Positions 36,544-43,585 of a DNA stretch of 43,585 nucleotides are shown piece after piece. The notes beneath the pieces were generated by a model, which saw only the letters and a program-made list of their open reading frames with translations, was not told where the DNA came from and ran no database searches. Location of the stretch: positions 1-43,585 of IMG/VR virus record IMGVR_UViG_3300044983_000166, one strand, 5' to 3'. The position numbers and the translations under genes were made by a program. Every line of letters starts with the position of its first letter. Position 1 is the stretch's first letter. The DNA comes from a virus. Lineage: Duplodnaviria > Caudoviricetes.

Positions 36544-36903
36544 ATGGAAGCACGAAACATCGCCCTAGCGGCGCAGATCGCGCACGAGGCCAATCGCGCC
36601 TGGTGCCAGGCCATCGGCGACAACAGCCAGCTACCCTGGGAGCTCGCTCCGGAATGGCAGCGCACCAGCGCCATGAACGGCGTGCGGGGCGTCGCGGCGG
36701 GTAACACCCCCGAGCAGAGCCACGAGAGCTGGCTAGCGGAGAAGGCGGCCACGGGCTGGAAGTACGGGCCCGTAAAGAACCCGGAGACGAAGGAGCATCC
36801 TTGCTTTGTTCCGTACGCGGAGCTGCCGCCCGAGCAGAAGGCGAAGGATCATCTCTACGTCGGCGTGGTGAAGGTCGCGCTCGAGGCGACTCGCGAGGCG
36901 TAA
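36544..36903 (+). CDS. RyR (ryanodine receptor repeat) domain protein
   Basis: AHEANRAWC..., SHESWLAEK...GWKYGPVKNPETKEHPCFVPYAELPPEQKAKD. Confidence 0.88.
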   Translation: MEARNIALAAQIAHEANRAWCQAIGDNSQLPWELAPEWQRTSAMNGVRGVAAGNTPEQSHESWLAEKAATGWKYGPVKNPETKEHPCFVPYAELPPEQKAKDHLYVGVVKVALEATREA

Positions 36904-36905
36904 CG

Positions 36906-38144
36906 ATGACGCCGGCGATCCTTCGCTACCAGGCGCAGATCCAGGAGCAGCAGCAGGAGGTCCCTGCTGCGCCGGCTGCCGCCGCAACGGGTGGAACACC
37001 ACCGCCCGCCGCCGAGAGCGTGGACGCGCTGATCGGCGACATTCTGAAGTCAGGGAAGCCAGAGCCGGGCGACTCGGACGACGATGGCGACGAACCAGCA
37101 GAAGCCGACGAGGGCGTGGACGCTGACGGAGAAGACGGCGACCCATCCGAGGAGGTGGCGGAGCATGAAGACGACGATACCACGGCGGAGGACGACGCTG
37201 CAGAGGACGACGACGCTGCAGAAGCTCCGGAGCCAGACGCCGCCGCGCTGAAGGCTGCCCGCAAGGCGCTCAAGGAGGGCGACCTAGACAAGGCGTTCCA
37301 GCTCGCTTTCGGCATGAAGCCGGAGCAGGTGCAGCCCGACGCCAAGGCCTGGACCTCGTGGCGCAAGGCGAACGAGCGCAAGGACGCGCAGATCGCCCAG
37401 GAGCGCCAGGGCATGGCGGCTCAGGCGCAGCAGAACCACCAATGGCTCCAGGGCCAGGTTCAGCAGCTGAACGCCACGATCGAGCAATACAAGCCCTACG
37501 AGCCCTACGCCCAGCTGGGCATGGCGTTCGCCAAGGACGGCGACCCGGCGCACCTGGTCAAGCTGGTCGAGCTCGCGGCCAAGACGAGCTACGACGACGC
37601 GCAGAAGCTCATCCTGACCCGCACGCGCCGGAGCCCCGGAGAGCGCGCGCTGCAGGAGCGCCTGGACGCCATCGAGCGCCAGCGCAGCGAGGAGCAGCGC
37701 CAGCTCCAGGAGCACCAGCAGAAGGCCCAGCAGCAGCAGCTCTACCAGAGCGACCTGCAGACCATCCGCGGCCAGGTCCAGGGCGAGGTCACGAAGGTTC
37801 CGCAGTACGCCGAGCGCATCTACAACGTGCTGCTGAAGACCAGATCACCCGCTGGCCTGACGCTGACGCCAGCGCAGGCAGGGGAACGCGTGCTGGCCGC
37901 CGAGCGCCGCAAGCTCGCCAAGCACCCGCTGCTCAAGCAGGCGCCGGCCCGCCCAGCGTCTCCAGTGAGCCAGGCGGCATCCACGCTGGCCAAGGCGCGC
38001 AAGGGCAAGGCGGGCGCTGGCTCTCCGCCGCTGCGCCGTGACAGCCACGGCAACGGCGCCACCGACGACAAGACCGAGTCCGTGGACGACATCATTGCTG
38101 ACATCATCAAGAAGCCGGGCACCGTTCGGAGGGTGGCGCGATGA
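36906..38144 (+). CDS. Capsid scaffolding protein (probable)
   Basis: Very acidic N-terminus and coiled coils; follows the portal. Confidence 0.65.
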   Translation: MTPAILRYQAQIQEQQQEVPAAPAAAATGGTPPPAAESVDALIGDILKSGKPEPGDSDDDGDEPAEADEGVDADGEDGDPSEEVAEHEDDDTTAEDDAAEDDDAAEAPEPDAAALKAARKALKEGDLDKAFQLAFGMKPEQVQPDAKAWTSWRKANERKDAQIAQERQGMAAQAQQNHQWLQGQVQQLNATIEQYKPYEPYAQLGMAFAKDGDPAHLVKLVELAAKTSYDDAQKLILTRTRRSPGERALQERLDAIERQRSEEQRQLQEHQQKAQQQQLYQSDLQTIRGQVQGEVTKVPQYAERIYNVLLKTRSPAGLTLTPAQAGERVLAAERRKLAKHPLLKQAPARPASPVSQAASTLAKARKGKAGAGSPPLRRDSHGNGATDDKTESVDDIIADIIKKPGTVRRVAR

Positions 38145-38911
38145 AGCCAGACGCCAAGCTACTGCGGCTCGCCACGCGCGGGCCGCGCCAGGTCAGCGCC
38201 AAGGCGCGCGCGGGCCTGCGCCGCCGCATGGTCCAGGACTTCGTGCTGTGCGTCGTTCCGAAGCTCGACAGCGAGTCGCGCTCTGCCGGCGGCATCTTCG
38301 CTCCCAACTCCTACGAAATCTCCGGCGGCGGCGAGGACAAGCTGTTCCTCGGCGAGGTTCTGGACGTGGGCCCCGGCGTCACCATCAACGGGAAGCAGGA
38401 ATCGATCTGCGTGGCCCAGGGCGAGGTCATTCTCTGCAACCTGTCGAACATCAGCTACCGCATCCAGGAGCGCGGGCGCCGCACCTACCAGCTCCGCAAC
38501 GGCATCATTCTAGCCGTGCTCGATCGAAAGGACTTCAGCGTGAGGCCTGTTCTGAACTGCATTCTCGTCACCCGCGGCAAGTCGCGCGTCCACCCAGACA
38601 AGACGGTGGAGCAGCGCGCGCTCGAGCACATGACCGCCGAGGGCACGATCTGGTTGCCCACCGAGGCCATGGAGACCGACGACCAGCGCGACCGCAAGCG
38701 CTTCGGCTCCGCCATCGTGGCCGAGTACGGCGAGGTCGTGGCGCAGGGTCCGGGGCGCTGGAAGGACGGCAACTGGCTCTCGCCGGCATGCAAGGCGGGA
38801 GACCTGATTCTCTACGACGCCAGCTATGGGACGCTGCCCATCACCATCAAGGGCGAGATGTTTACGCTCGTTCCCTCCGAGCAGGTGGCGCAGATCGCCG
38901 ACGAAGCCTGA
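38141..38911 (+). CDS. Tandem GroES (Cpn10 x2) co-chaperonin
   Basis: Domain 1: DFVL...SAGGIF...GEVLDVGPG...GEVIL...ILAVL. Domain 2: VRPVLNCILV...TAEGTIWLP...GEVVAQGPG...KAGDLILY...GEMFTLV. Confidence 0.82.
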   Translation: MKPDAKLLRLATRGPRQVSAKARAGLRRRMVQDFVLCVVPKLDSESRSAGGIFAPNSYEISGGGEDKLFLGEVLDVGPGVTINGKQESICVAQGEVILCNLSNISYRIQERGRRTYQLRNGIILAVLDRKDFSVRPVLNCILVTRGKSRVHPDKTVEQRALEHMTAEGTIWLPTEAMETDDQRDRKRFGSAIVAEYGEVVAQGPGRWKDGNWLSPACKAGDLILYDASYGTLPITIKGEMFTLVPSEQVAQIADEA

Positions 38912-38923
38912 GCGTCCAGTTTT

Positions 38924-39382
38924 TCAGACATCGCCTTTCCTCCTGGGTGTCTTGGGACCCGAGTCCTCGCGTGACGGCGGCTTCAGTGGCGGGCGCTTGC
39001 CCTGGTCGTAGAGCGCGCGGCGCTTCTCCTCGGTGAGCATTTCCAGCATCTGCCCGTAGGGCATGCCGAGGTATTGCGCGAGCGCAACGATCTCCGCCTT
39101 CTCCTCGACGCCGACCTTTATGTGGCGGTATTTCCGCTTCAATCCGTCGTTCTTGGGTCCAGCGAAAGAGCGCTCGTCGTCCTTCGGCTTGAGCGGCGGT
39201 CGCTTGTTTTCGTCGTAGAGAGCGCGGCGCTTGTGACGCGCCAAGTCGCGCAGCAATTGGCTGTAGGGCTGACGGCAATACCAGGCAAGGCCGAGAATCC
39301 GATCCCACACCTCCAGGGTGAAGCTCAGGTGGAGATTCTCAGTTGACAGCTCCCGGCTGTCCCATCGCCTGCTCATTCCCAT
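38924..39382 (-). CDS. Putative repressor with two tandem ribbon-helix-helix-like repeats
   Basis: Internal duplication ending KRRALYD(E/Q)(N/G)KRPPLKP twice; strand-helix-helix pattern; divergent from the int operon. Start chosen at ATG 39382. Confidence 0.6.
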   Translation of the reverse strand: MGMSRRWDSRELSTENLHLSFTLEVWDRILGLAWYCRQPYSQLLRDLARHKRRALYDENKRPPLKPKDDERSFAGPKNDGLKRKYRHIKVGVEEKAEIVALAQYLGMPYGQMLEMLTEEKRRALYDQGKRPPLKPPSREDSGPKTPRRKGDV

Positions 39383-39388
39383 CCAGCC

Positions 39389-39413
39389 ATGATACACATC
39401 CTATGTTTAGAAT
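39389..39413. promoter_or_regulatory. Third operator copy overlapping divergent -10 elements
   Basis: TACACAT-CCT-ATGTTTA (39393-39409); TATCAT on minus and TAGAAT on plus, both in the same register as at 1982 and 17963. Confidence 0.55.
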
Positions 39414-39520
39414 CCCATTGGAGTTCACCCACACGCGCTCACCAATCTCGCCCCATGTAGCGGAATAGGGTGGCACGGGCGCCTGTGGCGCAATACAACA
39501 GACACCCGGGGAGGTCACTG

Positions 39521-39859
39521 TTGGAATTCCCAATCCTGAAACAATTGGCGGAGGAGCTGGCTCCGCTTCTTGCTCCGCTGATCGTGGCTGAGCTACGAGG
39601 CTCCAGCGATGGCTGGGTAAGCCAGCGCGACACCAAGCTGGGGCGCAACAATCACATTGAGGCGGTGCGCAGGATTCAGGCTGAGGACGGCGACTCTACA
39701 CGGGCTGTCAGCCGTGGCAAGCTGCACCTGCTACGTAAGGACGCCTACGACGCCGAGGTTCAGCGCTCCAGCCGCATCGTGGCGCCGCCGGTGAAGGCTG
39801 CAGCGCCGACCAAGAACGACCTTGCCGCGCGTTTCAAGCGCCGGCTAGGAGTGCGCTGA
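39521..39859 (+). CDS. Small DNA-binding / excisionase-like protein
   Basis: GGAGG RBS and TTG start; TGATG-coupled to the integrase. Confidence 0.5.
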   Translation: MEFPILKQLAEELAPLLAPLIVAELRGSSDGWVSQRDTKLGRNNHIEAVRRIQAEDGDSTRAVSRGKLHLLRKDAYDAEVQRSSRIVAPPVKAAAPTKNDLAARFKRRLGVR

Positions 39860-41439
39860 TGCCCATCGTACGAAAGCCCGGAGGCTGGGAGGTCCGCCTG
39901 CGCTACGGAGCCGGCAAGCGCGGGCGCTTCCTGATCAAGGTAGATAGCGAGTCCGTAGCCAAGAACCGCGCCGAGCGCCTGCAGGCCATGGCTGCGCGCC
40001 TGGCCAGCGCTGGCAGGCACGCCGAGTCCAAGGAGCTCCTGGAGGACGCTGCCGCCACCGAGAGCGCCTCCGAGTTCCGAGACGCGGAGCGGGTCGTGGC
40101 TGAGCTGGCTCCGCTCGCGCCCGTCGCATCCTCGGGACCACGAACCTACGGCGAGGTCCTGCGCCTCTGGATCTCCGGCGAGCTCCACGAGCGCTATCCG
40201 GACGACGTAAAGGCGCTGAAGCCCAAGACGCTCAAGAGTTACGTCTACATGGCCAACGCCGTGGATAGCCTGCTGGGGCACCTGCCGCTCACCGAGGTGA
40301 CCGAGGAGCACGCCGAGGCGGCCAAGGCCGAGGTCTCGCGCGGGCTCGGTCAGGGGAGCCGCCGGCAGTACGCGCTCATGATCCGACGGGTCATGTCTCT
40401 CGCCGAGCACCCGCTTCGGCTCATCGAGCGCAACCCGATACGGGCTCGGTTCGTTCCGCCCCAGGGGCAGAGCTCGGTGTTCGGCTGGCTCTACCCGTCC
40501 GAGGACGAGCAGCTGATGCGCCGCTCCAGCATCGAGGTGGACGATCGCCTGGTCTATGGCACGCTGGGCCGCGAGGGCTTTCGCCTCATCGAGGCGCTAC
40601 GCCTGGTCTGGGGAGACATCGACATGGAGCGCGGCGTCATCACGCTGGACGAGAACAAGACGGACCAGCCGCGCGCCTGGCGCCTCGGGGATGACGTGCT
40701 GGCGGCCCTGCGCGCCTACCGCGGCGACGCCGAGGACACCGACCTGGTGTTCCCCATGTTCGTCTACAACGGCGCCGCCGAGCGGTTCCGGGCCCACCTG
40801 TGGGAGGCCGGCGTACGGCGTAAGCAGCTGCACACCCAGACGGACAAGCGCCGCCCGATCCGCATCCACGACCTGCGCGCGACGTTCATCACGATGGCGT
40901 TCGCCTGCGGCTGGACCGAGGCGCAGGTGATGGCGCGCACCGGACACAAGACGAGCCAGATGCTGCAGCGCTACCACCGGCGCGCGGCGACCGTCTCCGA
41001 GCTCTCCGAGCAGGATCGGGGATGGTTCGGACCGCTCAACGAGTTCCTGGGCCTGCGCGAACACCGCGCTGCACGCCTGGGCCACGGGGTGGGCCAAGGT
41101 CACCAAATGCCCTCAAAAAACGCTACCCATCGGACTACTATCAATAGGGCTAAAGAGCCAGAACTAGACGAAAATCCCGAGCGTTCCAAGTCGGAACACA
41201 CCCCTTCTGAGGCATCTGGCCCAGCGGAAATCCAGGGGGTGGGCCAAAGTGTGGCCGGGTCGGACAGCCCGGTAGAGCAGGCCCTGGCGCTAGCGCTGGA
41301 GGCGGCCACGGCGGAGCGGCGCTGGGACGTGGTGCTCGAGCTCTCCCGCCAGCTGGAGGCGCGGCGGCTCGCTCACTCGGCGCCCAACGTGGCGAGCCTC
41401 GATGCAGCGCGCAAGCGGCGCGACGAGGGGGGCAAGTGA
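39859..41439 (+). CDS. int: Tyrosine integrase with long C-terminal extension
   Basis: GFRLIEA (R), NKT (K), IHDLRAT (HxxR), TGH, RY catalytic set. Confidence 0.93.
   Translation: MPIVRKPGGWEVRLRYGAGKRGRFLIKVDSESVAKNRAERLQAMAARLASAGRHAESKELLEDAAATESASEFRDAERVVAELAPLAPVASSGPRTYGEVLRLWISGELHERYPDDVKALKPKTLKSYVYMANAVDSLLGHLPLTEVTEEHAEAAKAEVSRGLGQGSRRQYALMIRRVMSLAEHPLRLIERNPIRARFVPPQGQSSVFGWLYPSEDEQLMRRSSIEVDDRLVYGTLGREGFRLIEALRLVWGDIDMERGVITLDENKTDQPRAWRLGDDVLAALRAYRGDAEDTDLVFPMFVYNGAAERFRAHLWEAGVRRKQLHTQTDKRRPIRIHDLRATFITMAFACGWTEAQVMARTGHKTSQMLQRYHRRAATVSELSEQDRGWFGPLNEFLGLREHRAARLGHGVGQGHQMPSKNATHRTTINRAKEPELDENPERSKSEHTPSEASGPAEIQGVGQSVAGSDSPVEQALALALEAATAERRWDVVLELSRQLEARRLAHSAPNVASLDAARKRRDEGGK
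41077..41257. other. Putative attP inside int
   Basis: AT-rich core (about 41101-41175) flanked by GGGGTGGGCCAA direct repeats (41086, 41236) and further TGGGCCA copies. Confidence 0.55.
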
Positions 41440-41879
41440 ACCCTTGGACGCTGACGAACAAGGGTGACCGCGCGTGCGTTCAGCTCGCCGATCGCCACTA
41501 CTCGCGCCGCAAGGTCGGCTCTCCGCAGTTCATGCCGCCGGGGCAGACCATCGTACTGCGCGCTCCAGGCTGCGTCTGGGGCTGGTGGAGGCCACACCCC
41601 GCCAGCGGCATCAAGGCGATGAACGGTCTCGACGGCTGGACCTGCACCATCTTCCGCAATGAGGGGGGGTGGCAGTCCAGCGCTCTCATCCTCGCCGCCG
41701 AAGCATTCATCGAGGACTGCGGACCAGACGGTCTGATCACCTACGTCGCAGACGCGAAGATTCGCAGCACGAACCCCGGCTACTGCTTCCTGTGCGCGGG
41801 CTACAGCAGGACGGGGCGCAGCGCGGACGGTCGCAAGACGCTGCTGCAGAAGCGCTGGCCCGCTCTGGAGGCAGCATGA
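41436..41879 (+). CDS. Mom-like / GNAT-fold protein (possible DNA modification)
   Basis: ADRHYSR..., CTIFRNE, LITYV, NPGYCFLCAGY, similar in layout to Mom-family acyltransferases. Confidence 0.45.
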   Translation: MNPWTLTNKGDRACVQLADRHYSRRKVGSPQFMPPGQTIVLRAPGCVWGWWRPHPASGIKAMNGLDGWTCTIFRNEGGWQSSALILAAEAFIEDCGPDGLITYVADAKIRSTNPGYCFLCAGYSRTGRSADGRKTLLQKRWPALEAA

Positions 41880-42343
41880 CCAGAGCCATCTACATCGTGG
41901 GCTGTGGCGCCGCCAAGCTGGACCACGAGGCGCCCGCGCGCGAGCTCTACACCGGGAGCCTGTTCGTGGCAGCTCGGCGCCACGTCGAAGCGCTGGGCGT
42001 GCCCTGGCTCGTGCTCTCCGCGAAGTACGGCATCGTTGAGCCTGACTGGGTGCTCGCGCCCTACGAGCAGACGATCCCTAAGCGCAAGGAGGACCTGAGC
42101 GCCTGGGCGCTCCGCTCGGCGAGCTCGGTTGTATCGCTCAGCGCCCTGTGGGTCGACCGAGAGCGCGGCATCCCTGACCCGGCTCCGAACCCCAGGCGCT
42201 TCGTTTTCCTGTGCGGAGTCGAGTACGCGCGCCCGGTCGCGTTACGCCTCGAGACATGGGGTTACACGACGCAACAGCCCCTGGCTGGCCTGCAGCTGGG
42301 CGAGCGCCTGCACTGGTTCAAGACGCAGCGGGAGGCGGCGTGA
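41876..42343 (+). CDS. DUF6884-family protein
   Basis: IVGCGAAK...ARELYTGSLF...LSAKYG.....LAPYE. Confidence 0.75.
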   Translation: MTRAIYIVGCGAAKLDHEAPARELYTGSLFVAARRHVEALGVPWLVLSAKYGIVEPDWVLAPYEQTIPKRKEDLSAWALRSASSVVSLSALWVDRERGIPDPAPNPRRFVFLCGVEYARPVALRLETWGYTTQQPLAGLQLGERLHWFKTQREAA

Positions 42344-42861
42344 GCTACTGGCGCGTTGACTTCAACGCCGCTGGCGCCGTCACCCGGGTGTCCGCGGTCG
42401 ACGGCCCAGCGAACGACGAATGGGTCGTCGTAGAGGCGCCGGACGAGGAGCGCGCCAGACGAGCCGCGATCGGCATCTACTGCGCGCGCAAGAAGAGGCT
42501 GGCGCGCGAGCGTAACCGCTCCGAGGGACGATGCGTCTGCGGGCGCAGGAATGACCGTCTAGGGCAGCTGGACCCGCGCACCGGCAATCCACTCCTCAGC
42601 TGCTCTGTCTGCGGCGCGCGGCACAAGGTGCACAGGGACAGCCACAAGCAGCGCAAGGCTGACGGCGTCACCGACCACAAGCGCGACGAGTCCGCACGCG
42701 TCGCAACCAACCTCGGCCGCCAGCGCGACCGGCGCGGAGAGATCCGACTGGAGACCCTGATCGAGGTCCGAGACCAATGGATCCATCAGCGGAATGTTGC
42801 GCTCTTTGGCCAGTGGCTGACGGCGGAGATCGAACGCATCACCGGGGCGAAAGCCTCTTGA
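42340..42861 (+). CDS. Hypothetical zinc-finger protein
   Basis: CVCG...CSVC; GTGA-coupled. Confidence 0.6.
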   Translation: MSYWRVDFNAAGAVTRVSAVDGPANDEWVVVEAPDEERARRAAIGIYCARKKRLARERNRSEGRCVCGRRNDRLGQLDPRTGNPLLSCSVCGARHKVHRDSHKQRKADGVTDHKRDESARVATNLGRQRDRRGEIRLETLIEVRDQWIHQRNVALFGQWLTAEIERITGAKAS

Positions 42862-42872
42862 ACGAGGAGACC

Positions 42873-43079
42873 ATGAATCAACCCGTAGAATACGAGCACG
42901 TTGGCCTGCGCCTGCGCCCCGAGCATTCGGACGCGGTGGACCGCATCGTCAACGCGCTGCTGCGCCGCAACCCCAAGCGCTCTCACGGGCGCCCGGGGAA
43001 GGTCACCCGTCAGAAGGCGATCCGGGCAGCCATCGAGGCTTTCGCGCAGCAGCTCGAGGGCGAGTCGGCGGGGCAATGA
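42873..43079 (+). CDS. Ribbon-helix-helix regulator (probable)
   Basis: GAGGAG RBS; HVGLRLRPEHSDAVDRI...TRQKAIRAAIEAF. Confidence 0.65.
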   Translation: MNQPVEYEHVGLRLRPEHSDAVDRIVNALLRRNPKRSHGRPGKVTRQKAIRAAIEAFAQQLEGESAGQ

Positions 43080-43585
43080 GAGGGCGCATCCGCACCGTCA
43101 AGCCCGACGTCCTGAAGGACGAGGAACTCTGGGACCTCGAGGTCTCCACGGGGCTCCCGATCTTCAGAGCGTTCCAGGGGCTCTGGATGTTCGCTGACCG
43201 CGAAGGGCGGTTCGAGTGGCGCCCGCGCCAGCTCAAGAGCGACGTTCTGCCCTACTGGGACGGCGACTTCGGCGCGGTGTTGGTTGCGCTGGAGGGAAAG
43301 GGCTTCATCACGCGCTACTCGGTAGACGGTCGCGACTACGGGCACGTCACCAACCTAGCGAAACATCAGCGGTTCGACCACCGAGAGCCGGCGAGTGTGC
43401 TGCCTGAACCACCGCGCCCGGGCACGCCCGGGCAGAACAGTGCAGAGCCCGTGTCGGAGCACGGTAGCGCCCGGGTGGAAGGGAAGGGAAGGGAAGGGAA
43501 GGGAAGGGGAAGGGAGAGCCCGCCGGGCGCGCCCGCTCCAGAACCTTCGAGCCCGACGGTCACCGAGATTCGAACCCTGCAGCCC
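43076..43585 (+). CDS. Phage replication initiator / replisome organiser, 5' part (truncated by the window)
   Basis: MRGRIRTVKPD...GLWMFADREGRF...LKSDVLPY...KHQR...EGKGREGKG; open to the window edge. Confidence 0.8.
   Translation, partial: MRGRIRTVKPDVLKDEELWDLEVSTGLPIFRAFQGLWMFADREGRFEWRPRQLKSDVLPYWDGDFGAVLVALEGKGFITRYSVDGRDYGHVTNLAKHQRFDHREPASVLPEPPRPGTPGQNSAEPVSEHGSARVEGKGREGKGRGRESPPGAPAPEPSSPTVTEIRTLQP
43477..43515 (+). repeat. (GGGAA)n tandem repeat
   Basis: Five perfect GGGAA units at 43481-43505 plus flanking partial units. Confidence 0.9.

Larger units (their letters stand above)
1..43585. mobile_element. Temperate tailed phage genome (podovirus-like), near complete, possibly circularly permuted
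   Basis: Terminase, portal, capsid, lysozyme, integrase and replication initiator are present. There is no tape measure or sheath gene, but there is a nozzle-sized protein plus three large ejection-type proteins. No host housekeeping genes. Confidence 0.93.

Noticed and set aside
39471-39486. Sigma54 promoter (TGGCAC...)
   Set aside because: The -12 TTGC element is absent at the required spacing.
1-43585. Exact circular closure of the window
   Set aside because: Joining the end to base 1 puts the initiator in frame 1, which stops quickly, while the coding-like frame at the left edge is frame 2. No terminal overlap is seen, so some sequence is probably missing.

Overview
High-GC, near-complete temperate podovirus-like dsDNA phage (or prophage-derived contig). 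The replication-initiator gene is cut at the right edge, and a partial ORF at the left edge may be its C-terminus. The host is probably a myxobacterium (Myxococcota/Polyangiales); this is inferred from GC content, lipoprotein style and an Mx8-like integrase architecture. Layout: early small ORFs, a 5'-3' exonuclease fused to a RecT/Red-beta-like annealase, and RusA (1-8.1 kb); TerS-like gene, major capsid, decoration-type proteins, adaptor and tail fibre (8.1-15.8 kb); a reverse-strand cassette of two zinc-metallopeptidase lipoproteins (15.8-17.9 kb); lysis genes, tail nozzle and three ejection proteins, one with a muramidase-like and one with a HipA/PI3K-like kinase domain (18-30.5 kb); an inverted TerL divergent from portal, a RyR-domain protein, scaffold and a tandem GroES (32.9-38.9 kb); a tandem-RHH repressor, integrase with probable internal attP, Mom-like and DUF6884 genes, and the replication initiator (38.9-43.6 kb). 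Two repeated regulatory motifs are visible: TAAACAC-N3-GTGTTTA (3 sites) and CTACGTCA-N4-TGACG followed by TTGAC (3 sites). All product calls come from motif recognition by eye; no database searches were run.
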